Of a stretch of DNA of 64,000 bases, positions 47,430 to 56,404 are shown piece after piece; position 1 is the first letter of the stretch, and every line of letters begins with the position of its first letter. Position numbers and translations under genes: made by a program. The stretch is from contig DATEGI010000046.1 of assembly GCA_035280205.1 (NCBI GenBank), forward strand, positions 4,698 to 68,697, read 5' to 3'. Source of the stretch: Terriglobales bacterium (lineage in GTDB: Bacteria; Acidobacteriota; Terriglobia; Terriglobales; Acidobacteriaceae). The notes under the pieces were generated by a model. It had not been told where the DNA came from and did not search any database. It saw only the letters and a list, made by a program, of their open reading frames with translations.

Positions 47430-47900
47430 ATGCTGCTCGCTTATCGTCTGGTTCGCCTGATTGAAGCGCATTCCGACCAGCTTGCCCGCAACCTGCTGGA
47501 AAACGTTAAAGATAGCGACAAGACCAGCGCCTACATCAGCCACGTGCCGCAGGAAGAGCTGCGGTCGCGGGTCAGCGAAGTCTACAAGAACCTTGGGGAG
47601 TGGCTGCTGGGCAAGACCGAGGCCGACGTGCAACACCGCTACGAGGAGATTGGCGCCCGCCGAGCCGCCCAGGGAGTGCCTCTGACGCAGCTGATCTCCG
47701 CCCTGGTTTTGACCAAGGACACACTCTGGGAATACCTGCTTCGTGAGGCGGTGGTGGAGCGCCCGGTGGAGGTGTTTGGCGAACTGGAGCTGCTGCAACT
47801 GCTCGACCAGTTCTTCGACCGCGCGATTTACTACGCGGCGGCCGGGTACGAGCACGCCACCGCATCGCATGCGGCCGGCGCGCGCCACGGTGCAGCTTGA
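47430..47900 (+). CDS. RsbRD N-terminal-domain-like (globin-coupled-sensor-like helical) protein
   Basis: GGTGGAGGA SD. The all-helical 156-aa protein resembles RsbRD_N as I remember it. First gene of the CoA-transferase/OFOR gene string. Confidence 0.55.
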   Translation: MLLAYRLVRLIEAHSDQLARNLLENVKDSDKTSAYISHVPQEELRSRVSEVYKNLGEWLLGKTEADVQHRYEEIGARRAAQGVPLTQLISALVLTKDTLWEYLLREAVVERPVEVFGELELLQLLDQFFDRAIYYAAAGYEHATASHAAGARHGAA

Positions 47901-47915
47901 GTCCGGAGAAACGGC

Positions 47916-49241
47916 ATGCAGTGGATAACTGAATACAAGCGGAAGTTGCGCTCGGCGGAAGAAGCGGTGCAAGCCGTTACCTCCGACATGCGCGTGTACA
48001 TTCATCCTGGCTGCGCCGAGCCCGAGGTGCTGGTTAAAGCGCTCATTCAGCGCGGGCCGGAGGTGGAGAACGTCGAAATCGTCCACCTGCTCACCCTGGG
48101 CGACGCCGGCTACATCGCTCCGGAAATGGCAGGCCACTTCCGCCATAACGCCTTTTTCATCGGCGGCAATGTGCGGGCAGCGGTCAACGACGGTCGCGCC
48201 GACTACACTCCGGTATTCCTCAGCGAAGTGGAGAGCCTGTTCGAGACTGGCCAGACACCGATTGACGTGGCGCTCATCCAGGTTTCACCGCCTGATGCCC
48301 ACGGCTTCTGCAGCTTCGGCGTGGGTGTGGATACCACGCTGACCGCGGCCCGCTGCGCCAGCCACGTGATCGCGCAGGTGAACGACCAGATGCCGCGGAC
48401 CTATGGCGACAGCTTCATCCACGTGAGCCAGATTGATGCCTTTGTCGAGGTCTCCTGCCCACTGTGCGAGCTGCCCAAGCCGGTGATTACGGAAATGCAC
48501 CGCGCCATCGCCCGCAATGTGGCGAGCCTGATCGAAGATGGCGCCGTGCTGCAGACCGGAATCGGCGGCATTCCCGACGCCGTCCTGCCCTACCTGATGG
48601 ACCGGCGCGACCTGGGCATTCACACCGAGCTGGTTTCCGACAACGTGATTCCGCTGATCGAGGCGGGGGTAATCAGCGGCGAGCGCAAGAGCTTTCGTCC
48701 CCGCAAGATTATTCTCGGCTTTGTCCTGGGTACGCGCGAGCTGTTTGACTTCGTGGATAACAATCCCATCTTCGAGTTCCATCCCTCCGCCTATACCAAC
48801 GACCCCTACCGCATCGCCCAGAACGACAACATGGTGGCGGTGAATTCGGCGCTGCAGATTGACCTGACCGGGCAGGTTTGCTCCGATTCCATCGGGCAGT
48901 ATTTCTATAGCGGGATTGGCGGGCAGGTGGATTTCCTGCGCGGGGCTTCGCGGTCGAAAAATGGGAAAGCCATTATCGCTCTCTCCTCCACCGCCAAGGA
49001 TGGCGAGCTCTCCCGCATTGTGCCCATGCTCAGTCCCGGGGCCGGCGTGGTGACTTCGCGCGGGCTCATCCGCTACGTGGCCACGGAGTACGGCGTCGCC
49101 TACCTGCACGGCAAGTCCATACGCGAGCGGGCCAAGGCGCTAATCGAGATTGCCCATCCCAAGTTCCGCACCGAACTTTACGAGTATTGCGAGCGCACCA
49201 AGTGGTTGCAGCGCCCGGCCGCGATGGCGGCAACGAGGTGA
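47916..49241 (+). CDS. Acetyl-CoA hydrolase/transferase family protein (4-hydroxybutyrate CoA-transferase-like)
   Basis: Family blocks ([44 protein letters not shown]) with the catalytic Glu region. Confidence 0.9.
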   Translation: MQWITEYKRKLRSAEEAVQAVTSDMRVYIHPGCAEPEVLVKALIQRGPEVENVEIVHLLTLGDAGYIAPEMAGHFRHNAFFIGGNVRAAVNDGRADYTPVFLSEVESLFETGQTPIDVALIQVSPPDAHGFCSFGVGVDTTLTAARCASHVIAQVNDQMPRTYGDSFIHVSQIDAFVEVSCPLCELPKPVITEMHRAIARNVASLIEDGAVLQTGIGGIPDAVLPYLMDRRDLGIHTELVSDNVIPLIEAGVISGERKSFRPRKIILGFVLGTRELFDFVDNNPIFEFHPSAYTNDPYRIAQNDNMVAVNSALQIDLTGQVCSDSIGQYFYSGIGGQVDFLRGASRSKNGKAIIALSSTAKDGELSRIVPMLSPGAGVVTSRGLIRYVATEYGVAYLHGKSIRERAKALIEIAHPKFRTELYEYCERTKWLQRPAAMAATR

Positions 49242-49243
49242 AC

Positions 49244-49525
49244 ATGGCAGCGCGTGGCAAGGTGACGATTGATGTTGAGGAGTGCAAGGGCTGCGGCTTG
49301 TGTGTGGATTCCTGCCCGCCCAAGTGCCTGGTGCTGGCGCCGGAACTGAGCGCCTACGGCGTCCACCCGGCGCGCTACACCGGCGAAGGCTGCACCGGCT
49401 GCGGCATCTGCTTCTACTGCTGTCCCGAGCCCGGCGCCATCACCGTGTACCGGCTGCCCGCTGCCAAGAAGGCGGCAGCGCCGCCCGCAATCCCATCTGG
49501 AGGCTCGCATGCGCCAGCTCTCTAA
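49244..49525 (+). CDS. korD: 2-oxoacid:ferredoxin oxidoreductase delta subunit (2x[4Fe-4S] ferredoxin)
   Basis: [12 protein letters not shown] and [12 protein letters not shown] motifs. The ATG lies 3 nt after the upstream stop. Confidence 0.85.
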   Translation: MAARGKVTIDVEECKGCGLCVDSCPPKCLVLAPELSAYGVHPARYTGEGCTGCGICFYCCPEPGAITVYRLPAAKKAAAPPAIPSGGSHAPAL

Positions 49526-50561
49526 AGGCAACGTGGCCATCATCCAGGGCGCCATCCTGGCTGGGTGCCGCGCCTACTACGGTTATCCCATCACTCCGGC
49601 CAGCGAGATCGCAGAAGCCGCCGCGCTCTACCTGCCGCAGGTTGGCGGCACGTTCCTGCAGGCGGAAAGCGAAGTCGCTGCCATCAACATGGTTTATGGC
49701 GCGGCTTCCGCCGGCCAGCGCGTTATGACCGCCTCCTCCGGGCCGGGCCTGAGCCTGATGCAGGAAGGAATTTCCTACATCGCCGGCGCTGAGCTCCCCT
49801 GCGTGATTGTGGATGTGGTGCGCGGCGGGCCGGGCCTGGGCAACATCGCGCCCGAGCAGAGCGACTACTTCGCCATGGTGAAGGGCGGCGGCCACGGCAA
49901 TTACCGCAATCTCGTGCTGGCGCCCGCTTCGGTGCAGGAGATGGCCGACTTCACGGTGCTGGCCTTCGAACTCGCGGACAAGTACCGAAATCCCGCCATC
50001 GTTCTCACCGACGGCTTCGTCGGGCAGATGATGGAACCACTCGAACTGGAACCGAAGGCGGTGGCTGAGCCGGAGAAGTCCTGGGCCGTCAAGGGCACGC
50101 CCGAGACTCGGCCCAACCTGGTGACTTCCATTTACCTGGAGCCAGACGACCTGGAAGCCCACCAACGCAAGCTGGAAGCCAAGTACAAGCGGGCGGCGCA
50201 GTTGGAGCCGCGCTACGAAACTTACATGGCCGAAGATGCGGAGGTCCTGCTGGTCGGCTACGGCATCGTGTCGCGTGTGCTGCGCACCGCCGTGGAGCAA
50301 GCTCGCCAGCAGGGACTTCGCGTGGGCCTGTTCCGGCCGATCACGTTGTGGCCGTTCCCCTCCAAGGCGCTGGCGGAAGCCGGAAAGCGCTGCGCGGCGC
50401 TGCTCGACGTGGAGCTGAGCAACGGCCAGATGCTCGAAGACGTGCGCCTGGCGGTGAATGGCAAGGTTCCGGTGGAGTTTTACAACCGTGTGGGCGGCAA
50501 CGTGCCGCTGGCGGAAGAAATTTACGAGGAGCTGCTGTCGCGTTTGGCGGCGCTGGCGTGA
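49509..50561 (+). CDS. korA: 2-oxoacid:ferredoxin oxidoreductase alpha subunit
   Basis: [10 protein letters not shown] signature; 350 aa; 17-nt overlap with korD. Confidence 0.9.
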   Translation: MRQLSKGNVAIIQGAILAGCRAYYGYPITPASEIAEAAALYLPQVGGTFLQAESEVAAINMVYGAASAGQRVMTASSGPGLSLMQEGISYIAGAELPCVIVDVVRGGPGLGNIAPEQSDYFAMVKGGGHGNYRNLVLAPASVQEMADFTVLAFELADKYRNPAIVLTDGFVGQMMEPLELEPKAVAEPEKSWAVKGTPETRPNLVTSIYLEPDDLEAHQRKLEAKYKRAAQLEPRYETYMAEDAEVLLVGYGIVSRVLRTAVEQARQQGLRVGLFRPITLWPFPSKALAEAGKRCAALLDVELSNGQMLEDVRLAVNGKVPVEFYNRVGGNVPLAEEIYEELLSRLAALA

Positions 50562-50565
50562 GGCG

Positions 50566-50654
50566 AGCTGGCTAGCTGACTGGCTGGCTAGCTCAGTGGC
50601 TTACACGGTTTCGGGTTGTGCTAGACAGCTAGTCAGCCAGATAGCTAGTCAGCT
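50566..50654. repeat. Heptad-word hairpin (AGCTGGCTAGCTGACTGGCTGGCTAGCTCAGTGGC ... GCTAGACAGCTAGTCAGCCAGATAGCTAGTCAGCT)
   Basis: Complementary arms around a 19-nt loop, located between korA and the korB-gamma fusion gene. Confidence 0.85.
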
Positions 50655-50667
50655 TGGGAGGCTCTCG

Positions 50668-52167
50668 GTGGAAGACGAAAAGGTGGTGCTAGCCGAACCG
50701 GAATACGAGCTGCTCCATTCCCGCTCGGAGATTTTCTACGACCACTTTGTGCGCAAATCAGAACTGCAGCACCAGACGCACTACTGCCCGGGGTGCGGCC
50801 ATGGCGTGGCCCACAAGCTGGTGGCGGAGGCGATCGAAGACCTGGGCCTGCAGGACCGCACCATCTTCGTCAGCCCGGTCGGCTGTTCCGTCTTCGCATA
50901 CTACTATTTCGACCTGGGCAACGTGCAGGTGGCGCACGGCCGCGCTCCCGCCGCCGCTACCGGCCTGAAGCGCGCCTGCCCCGACAAAATCGTCATTGCC
51001 TATCAGGGCGACGGCGACCTGGCCGCCATCGGCACCGCGGAAATCATCCACGCCGCCAACCGCGGCGAGCACATCGCTGTGTTCTTTGTGAACAATGCTA
51101 TCTACGGCATGACTGGCGGGCAGATGGCCCCCACAACACTGGTGGGCCAGGTCAGCACCACCAGCCCCTGGGGCCGGCGGCCGGCGAATGAAGGCTTTCC
51201 GCTGCACATGTCGGAGCTGCTGGCCACCCTGGAAGCCCCCGCTTACATCGAGCGGGTCGCGCTCTCCGACAACAAGCACATCATGGGCGCGCGCCGAGCG
51301 GTGCGGAAGGCGCTCGAAATGCAGCGCGATGGCGCTGGCTTCACCTTTGTAGAAATCCTCTCTCCCTGTCCCACCATCTGGAACATGCAACCGGTGGACG
51401 CGCGCCGCTGGGTGGCGGAGAAAATGACTCCCATCTTCCCCCTCAACGTGTTCCGCGACCGCAAGCCCACGATTCCGGAAGGCAAGAATCCGCCGCAGCG
51501 TTCCGTGGAGGAAGTTCTGGGGTTGAAGAGCACGACCGAGAAACTTGCGATTGCCGCGCAAGCCGCCGCCAAGCCGCAACACCGCGTGAAAAAGCTGAGC
51601 ATCAAGATTGCCGGCTTTGGCGGCCAGGGCGTGCTGTTGCTGGGCCAGTTGCTGGCGGAAATGGGCATGCGTGAAGGCCTGGAAGTGAGCTGGCTGCCTT
51701 CCTATGGACCGGAGATGCGCAGCGGCAGCGCCCATTGCCACGTCTGCTTGGCGCAGGAGCGCATTGGCTCGCCCCTGATTTCCCACCCGGACGTGCTGGT
51801 GGCGATGAACGAAATCTCGCTGCGCAAGTTCGCGCCGCAGGTGGCGGAAAACGGCCTGATTTTCTACAACCGCGAACAGTTGCCGGAAGACTTTGCCGCC
51901 CCGCAGGCGCGCGTGTTCTGCCTGCCCGCCACTGAAATCGCCGACCGCCTGGGCGCAGGCAAGGTGGCCAACGTCGTGCTGCTCGGAGCTCTGCTGGAGG
52001 AAACCGAGTGTCTCTCTTCTGAAACGGCCGTGGCGGTGCTGGAAGCCAAGGTGCGCAACCCGCAGTTGCTGGAACTGGATCGCCAGGCCCTGGCCGCCGG
52101 CCGCCAGTTCGTGGACCAGGAAGCGCACAGCGAAGCCATCAGCCAGCCCGACGGCTTCGCGTACTAG
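50668..52167 (+). CDS. korB: 2-oxoacid:ferredoxin oxidoreductase beta subunit fused to gamma subunit
   Basis: GTG 50668 with GGGAGG 7 nt upstream. YCPGCGHG and TPP motif GDGD...NN.IYGMTGGQ, then a gamma-type module KIAGFGGQGVLLLG. Confidence 0.88.
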   Translation: MEDEKVVLAEPEYELLHSRSEIFYDHFVRKSELQHQTHYCPGCGHGVAHKLVAEAIEDLGLQDRTIFVSPVGCSVFAYYYFDLGNVQVAHGRAPAAATGLKRACPDKIVIAYQGDGDLAAIGTAEIIHAANRGEHIAVFFVNNAIYGMTGGQMAPTTLVGQVSTTSPWGRRPANEGFPLHMSELLATLEAPAYIERVALSDNKHIMGARRAVRKALEMQRDGAGFTFVEILSPCPTIWNMQPVDARRWVAEKMTPIFPLNVFRDRKPTIPEGKNPPQRSVEEVLGLKSTTEKLAIAAQAAAKPQHRVKKLSIKIAGFGGQGVLLLGQLLAEMGMREGLEVSWLPSYGPEMRSGSAHCHVCLAQERIGSPLISHPDVLVAMNEISLRKFAPQVAENGLIFYNREQLPEDFAAPQARVFCLPATEIADRLGAGKVANVVLLGALLEETECLSSETAVAVLEAKVRNPQLLELDRQALAAGRQFVDQEAHSEAISQPDGFAY

Positions 52168-52265
52168 AGCTCACCTCATAAAACTTTTGTAAAAGTGGTG
52201 AGGAAGTGTTTCCAAAACAAACACACCCCACAACGGCTTCATTGGCCTGTAACTGCGGCAGACAT

Positions 52266-53063
52266 TTAAAAGACGATGCTAGTCAAACGTCCGGCAAATG
52301 GTTCAAAGGAGGCCGAACATTCCTCTTTTTCTTGACCATCAGGCACTTCGTCACCTCGAACAGTCCATTCCAGCGCGGGAGGCATTGTCTTCAAAAATAC
52401 AACTTTAAATTCCGCGGTCTCTGGGCGTAACCTGCAACCCGTAATGTCTTGCAAGCCAGCGATGGGCAATGAGGCAAGAAAATCCTTTTTGTGGTCGGGG
52501 CCGTATTTCGGATTCTTCGCCGTTAGTGCTTGCAGTGCTTCCTCTCTCATCCAGTAGCGCTTCCTGTCTTTCAAATCGTATTCGGTCAGAACTCTACTCT
52601 TAAACTGCTCCCTTACTGCCTGCAGTTGGGAGTCGATGAATGTGCCCGAAGCATTGAAATGGAGAATTGGACGACGTTTATCCCGTCCGAACATCACGTA
52701 GGCACCGAGGAATCGCTCCTTCTGAGGCACTCCGCAGTATGGAAGGAGAGAGTGCTGTGTAACGCCTGACCAGCGGCATGGCTGAAATTCAAACCGGACA
52801 CTAGCCAGATTGAACTTGCCGCCTGAAAATGGAGTGTCGAAGGTGGACTCGCCTTGTTGTTCAGCCAAATCGGGGTAGACAGCAAGCAGAAACCGGGACA
52901 TCACTTCAAATGGTTCGTAGCCGGTGTGCTGAGACTCAGAACGGCGGTCTGTCCCTTGTTGGTCCCCATTCTGGCCTGGAAGGGAGAATGCCTTCTGCTG
53001 GCCAAAAATAATGGAAAGTACGATAAGTAGCAGCAGGATTCGTATCCTCACAGTACTCTTCAT
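52266..53063 (-). CDS. Hypothetical secreted protein (265 aa) in a lower-GC patch
   Basis: Signal peptide (ILLLLIVLSIIFG). No recognised domain. AT-richer than its neighbours. Confidence 0.6.
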   Translation of the reverse strand: MKSTVRIRILLLLIVLSIIFGQQKAFSLPGQNGDQQGTDRRSESQHTGYEPFEVMSRFLLAVYPDLAEQQGESTFDTPFSGGKFNLASVRFEFQPCRWSGVTQHSLLPYCGVPQKERFLGAYVMFGRDKRRPILHFNASGTFIDSQLQAVREQFKSRVLTEYDLKDRKRYWMREEALQALTAKNPKYGPDHKKDFLASLPIAGLQDITGCRLRPETAEFKVVFLKTMPPALEWTVRGDEVPDGQEKEECSASFEPFAGRLTSIVF

Positions 53064-53133
53064 GCCAACACTCTAAGCCGGGCGCTGGCCAATTCCCAAT
53101 TCACGATTGCATTGCTTCAGGCGGAACCGGACA

Positions 53134-54270
53134 CTAATCCGCCGACATTCTCCGGCTTGCTGGCCGAGATTTGAGATAAGAACTCAGCCGCTCCAGCGCC
53201 TCGGGCATGTTTTTGCGCCCGTAGCCAAATCGAATGTGGCTGGGCTCGTCGTACACGGTCCCGGGAAGCAGCATTACCTGCACATCGCGAACCACATCAT
53301 CACAGAACTGGGACGCACTTTGCGCACCCTTGAAACGGGGAAAGCACATCGGGCTGGCATTTGGCTTCACCCATTCGAACAGATCCGCATGTTCGCGGAA
53401 GAATGCCTCAAGCAGCGGCAGGTTGCGGCGCACGATTTCCAGATTGCGCTCAATCAGCACCTGGCGATGCCGCAGCGCAACATCGCAAAGAAACTCGCTG
53501 GGCGCGCTGTTGCAGATGGTCGTATAGAAGCGAAGCTCCAGGCAGCGCTGAAGGAAAGAAACGTTGCGCGTGACCAGCCAGCCCAGGCGCAGCCCCGGCA
53601 GCCCATAGGTTTTGCTCATGGAGCCGAGGCTGATGGCGTTTTCGTAGAGTTCGCATACTGCGGGCAGGCGCGTCACGGGATCGTGTTCCAATTCGCGAAA
53701 CACCTCGTCACAAAACAGAATGATTCCGCGGTCACGGCAGAGCGCAACCACTTCCTCCAGCACGTTTCTGGGCATCAGCAACCCCAGCGGGTTGTGCGGG
53801 GTGCAGATATAAATGATTTTTGTATTCGGGCGGATGAGCTTCTCAAGCTCCTTCACGTCGTGGGCCCAGCCCTGGTCAGGCCGGCGGCGCCATTCGCTCA
53901 CTTCCGCTCCCGTGCTGCGGGCGAGTTCCAGTCCGCTCTCGAAACACGGCGTCTCCACGATGGCGTGGTCCGAGGAGCCCAACAGCGCGTTGTAAACCAG
54001 CAGAATCCCCTCTTCGGCGGATGAAACGACGAGTACCTGTTCCGGGCCGATATCTTTGTTGATTCCGGCAATGGTCGCGCGCAGCCAGGGTGCGCCCGGC
54101 GATTCGGTATAGCCGCACCAGTGCCGCAGCAAGCGCTCGTGGCTGCCCGGCTCCAGGTCGAGCACCTCCTGGATGGTGCGAGACTCCGCATCCGAACTGC
54201 TCAGCAGATACCTGGCGGAAAACTCGTGCTTGGCGAAGTAGTGTTCGATCCGGAAAGGGTTGACCCGCAT
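53134..54270 (-). CDS. Class I/II PLP-dependent aminotransferase
   Basis: PLP-lysine block SMSKTYGLPGLRLGW; NP.G block (TPHNPLG). ATG at 54270 (MRVNPFRIEHYF). Confidence 0.88.
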   Translation of the reverse strand: MRVNPFRIEHYFAKHEFSARYLLSSSDAESRTIQEVLDLEPGSHERLLRHWCGYTESPGAPWLRATIAGINKDIGPEQVLVVSSAEEGILLVYNALLGSSDHAIVETPCFESGLELARSTGAEVSEWRRRPDQGWAHDVKELEKLIRPNTKIIYICTPHNPLGLLMPRNVLEEVVALCRDRGIILFCDEVFRELEHDPVTRLPAVCELYENAISLGSMSKTYGLPGLRLGWLVTRNVSFLQRCLELRFYTTICNSAPSEFLCDVALRHRQVLIERNLEIVRRNLPLLEAFFREHADLFEWVKPNASPMCFPRFKGAQSASQFCDDVVRDVQVMLLPGTVYDEPSHIRFGYGRKNMPEALERLSSYLKSRPASRRMSAD

Positions 54271-54328
54271 GGCAGAAATTCTCCCGACAGAGAACAGATG
54301 CGCCAGCAACAGGAGGTGCGGACTTTTT

Positions 54329-55090
54329 TTATCCGCCTGTTGGCTCGATGATGGCGCCAAAGCCGCCGAGCGAGGAGCCACGCAGACCAAGCCGGACGGT
54401 GAGCCAGTACCACACCGCCTGCCACCATCGTGGCGGCTTTATCCGTAGCGGCCCGGGCGCGGCGGCATTCGCGAGGTCTTTGCGCATCAGCGTAATGCCT
54501 CCCGCCTGCCAGCCCGCGAGCACGCGTGCCAGATCCTGGTCGGGTTCGCGCTCTCGTTCGACCACGACAGCACTTCTGATGCCCTTTTCATTCAGCAATT
54601 GAGCAGAAGGAAAATCGGTGCTGAAGCAGATGGAGCGGTTATCGAAATCCCCCACAGACAATTTGAACTCCGCCGTGCGGCGGTTCGCGTCCAGGAGGAA
54701 CGCCGGCGGCGCCCCTGCCGGAAGTTGAAGCTGTTGCAGGACGTCAGTCGCGGCGCGCATGGCTGCCAGAATAGAGGAAACATCCACGGCGCGGCGCGCA
54801 ATGTGGGCGGTAATAATCGGGAATGGCAGTGCGTTGTAGAGCGGGATGGGGCGATAACCCCGTCGCGCCAGCTCTGTGGCCACGTGTGCGCCTTCCGCGC
54901 CGGGCAGGTCAACGACCAGCGCCGCACCCGCCTGGGGTGCTGGGACCCAATCCAAGTCGGCAGTCACCGTCATCGGCGAGGCCGGAGGAAGCTCATATTC
55001 CATAAAGGCGAACAGAACGGGCTTGACCCACTGCGACCAGGGCGACTTCGGCTCCTCCCAGATGGCGAAGATCTCGTCTTTTTTCAACAT
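54329..55090 (-). CDS. Protein of unknown function (253 aa) ending in ...EPTGG, translationally coupled to the ATP-grasp gene
   Basis: Its ATG (55090-55088) overlaps the upstream TGA (55086-55084). No domain recognised. Amphipathic/hydrophobic Trp-rich segment (RWWQAVWYWLTV) near the C-terminus. Confidence 0.6.
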   Translation of the reverse strand: MLKKDEIFAIWEEPKSPWSQWVKPVLFAFMEYELPPASPMTVTADLDWVPAPQAGAALVVDLPGAEGAHVATELARRGYRPIPLYNALPFPIITAHIARRAVDVSSILAAMRAATDVLQQLQLPAGAPPAFLLDANRRTAEFKLSVGDFDNRSICFSTDFPSAQLLNEKGIRSAVVVEREREPDQDLARVLAGWQAGGITLMRKDLANAAAPGPLRIKPPRWWQAVWYWLTVRLGLRGSSLGGFGAIIEPTGG

Positions 55091-56305
55091 GGCGGCGCAT
55101 CCTCGACCAGCAGGGCTGCGTCCATGGCTCGATAATCCACTACTTCGTCGGTGGCGACTCGAGTATAGGCTCCGGCGGCCTTGCCATTAATCACGTACAC
55201 GCCGATGCACGGAAAAACGGGCCCCATGTCGGATTCGACCGGCACCGGCGAAAAACGCCGCTGCAGAACCCATTGCTCTGGCCGGCGTTTCACTTCACGG
55301 CCCAGCGACTGCCATTGGGCGCGGGGAAGGCGATCGCGCGTGTTTACATGATCGCCGGTGTTGGAAAACGCCGCTTTCACCACCCATTCATCATTGCACT
55401 GCCAGGCCGCATCTCTCGGATCTCTGGCCTCGGGGAACAGAGCGCGGCAAGCAACCATTCGCGTGTCCAGGCGCTCCCAAACCAGCGGCAATCGCTTGCT
55501 CTCGCTCAGCACGGCAAGGCCGTGATTGGAAACGGGTGTTCGCCCGCCAACGAAGAACCTCTCCCACGCCGAGCGCCTGAATCGACACACCCATTCCGCC
55601 TGGTAGAAACGCACGATGGCGCCGATGAGCATGGAATCCGCAACCATTCTGGCGTGCCCCGAGCGCCATTCCAACTGGTTAGCACGGTGGATTAGACGCG
55701 TGGCGATCCCGCGCTGGTCCAGGTAATAGGCGAGCACCGCCGTCACCTGCTGGTCCTCCATGTACCCTGGAGCGGAAAGGAGCGCAACCGTGCCGATTCC
55801 ACCGGTAGCTTCTACCATGGCTGCGGTCCAGCCTGTAAGCGGGCTGCCGGCGATCCTTGCTCGGCGGTAATGGAGCGCGATGAGTTCGGTGAAGATCGAG
55901 GCTTCCGTGAAGCCTCCCGGCACGTCGCTGTTCACTTCAGAGACCTGCCAGCCTTCGGTGGTCGAAGCGCATGACGCGTGCGGCGCATGGGGTGAATCCC
56001 TCGCGCAGGCCGCGTTTCAGCACCCACCGTAACGAAGGTGGAACGCCCAGAGTGCGCTGCAGATCCGGCCGGCAAGCCAGTTCTGTTTCGGCTGCGGAAA
56101 TTTCACGCGCCATCGCTTCGCTCCAGCCAGCCAAATCGTCCCATGTGTGCGAATCCAGCAACAGCGGTTGGGGAAACAAGGCCGAACAATCGCCAACCTG
56201 CGGATCCCATTTGCAGTGGTCGAGCGCAAGGCGAGTGCGTATCTGGTGAAAGGTGTGTTGCTCAAGAGCTGGACCAATGATGAGAGGAATGGCCACAGCC
56301 GGCAT
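55084..56305 (-). pseudogene. Glutathionylspermidine synthase-like (pre-ATP-grasp, YgiC/YjfC-type) ligase interrupted by a 1-nt frameshift near 55957
   Basis: ORF 55937..56305 ends ...RVMRFDHRRLAGL*. The other frame reads ...EGWQVSEVNSDVPGGFTEAS and continues into ORF 55084..55935. Joined length is about 400 aa, matching the family. Confidence 0.7.
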
Positions 56306-56404
56306 GCCGGGTACTATAGCAGCGTTGACGGCAAGCTTTGCTGGTCGGCATCTATCGCGCGGATAGGGCGGCCAAATATCTTCCGGGAATGGCCCGCTCG
56401 TCTG

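Noticed and set aside
50458-50667. Upstream extension of the korB-gamma ORF through the repeat (…WLADWLASSVAYTVSGCARQLVSQIASQLG…).
   Set aside because: It overlaps the korA 3' end and is a read-through of the heptad hairpin. A GTG with a GGGAGG SD lies right after the element.
55937-55960. Programmed ribosomal frameshift as the explanation for the split ATP-grasp gene.
   Set aside because: No slippery heptamer (X XXY YYZ) or downstream stimulatory structure is evident at the junction. A simple indel (mutation or sequencing error) is more parsimonious. This stays open until reads are checked.
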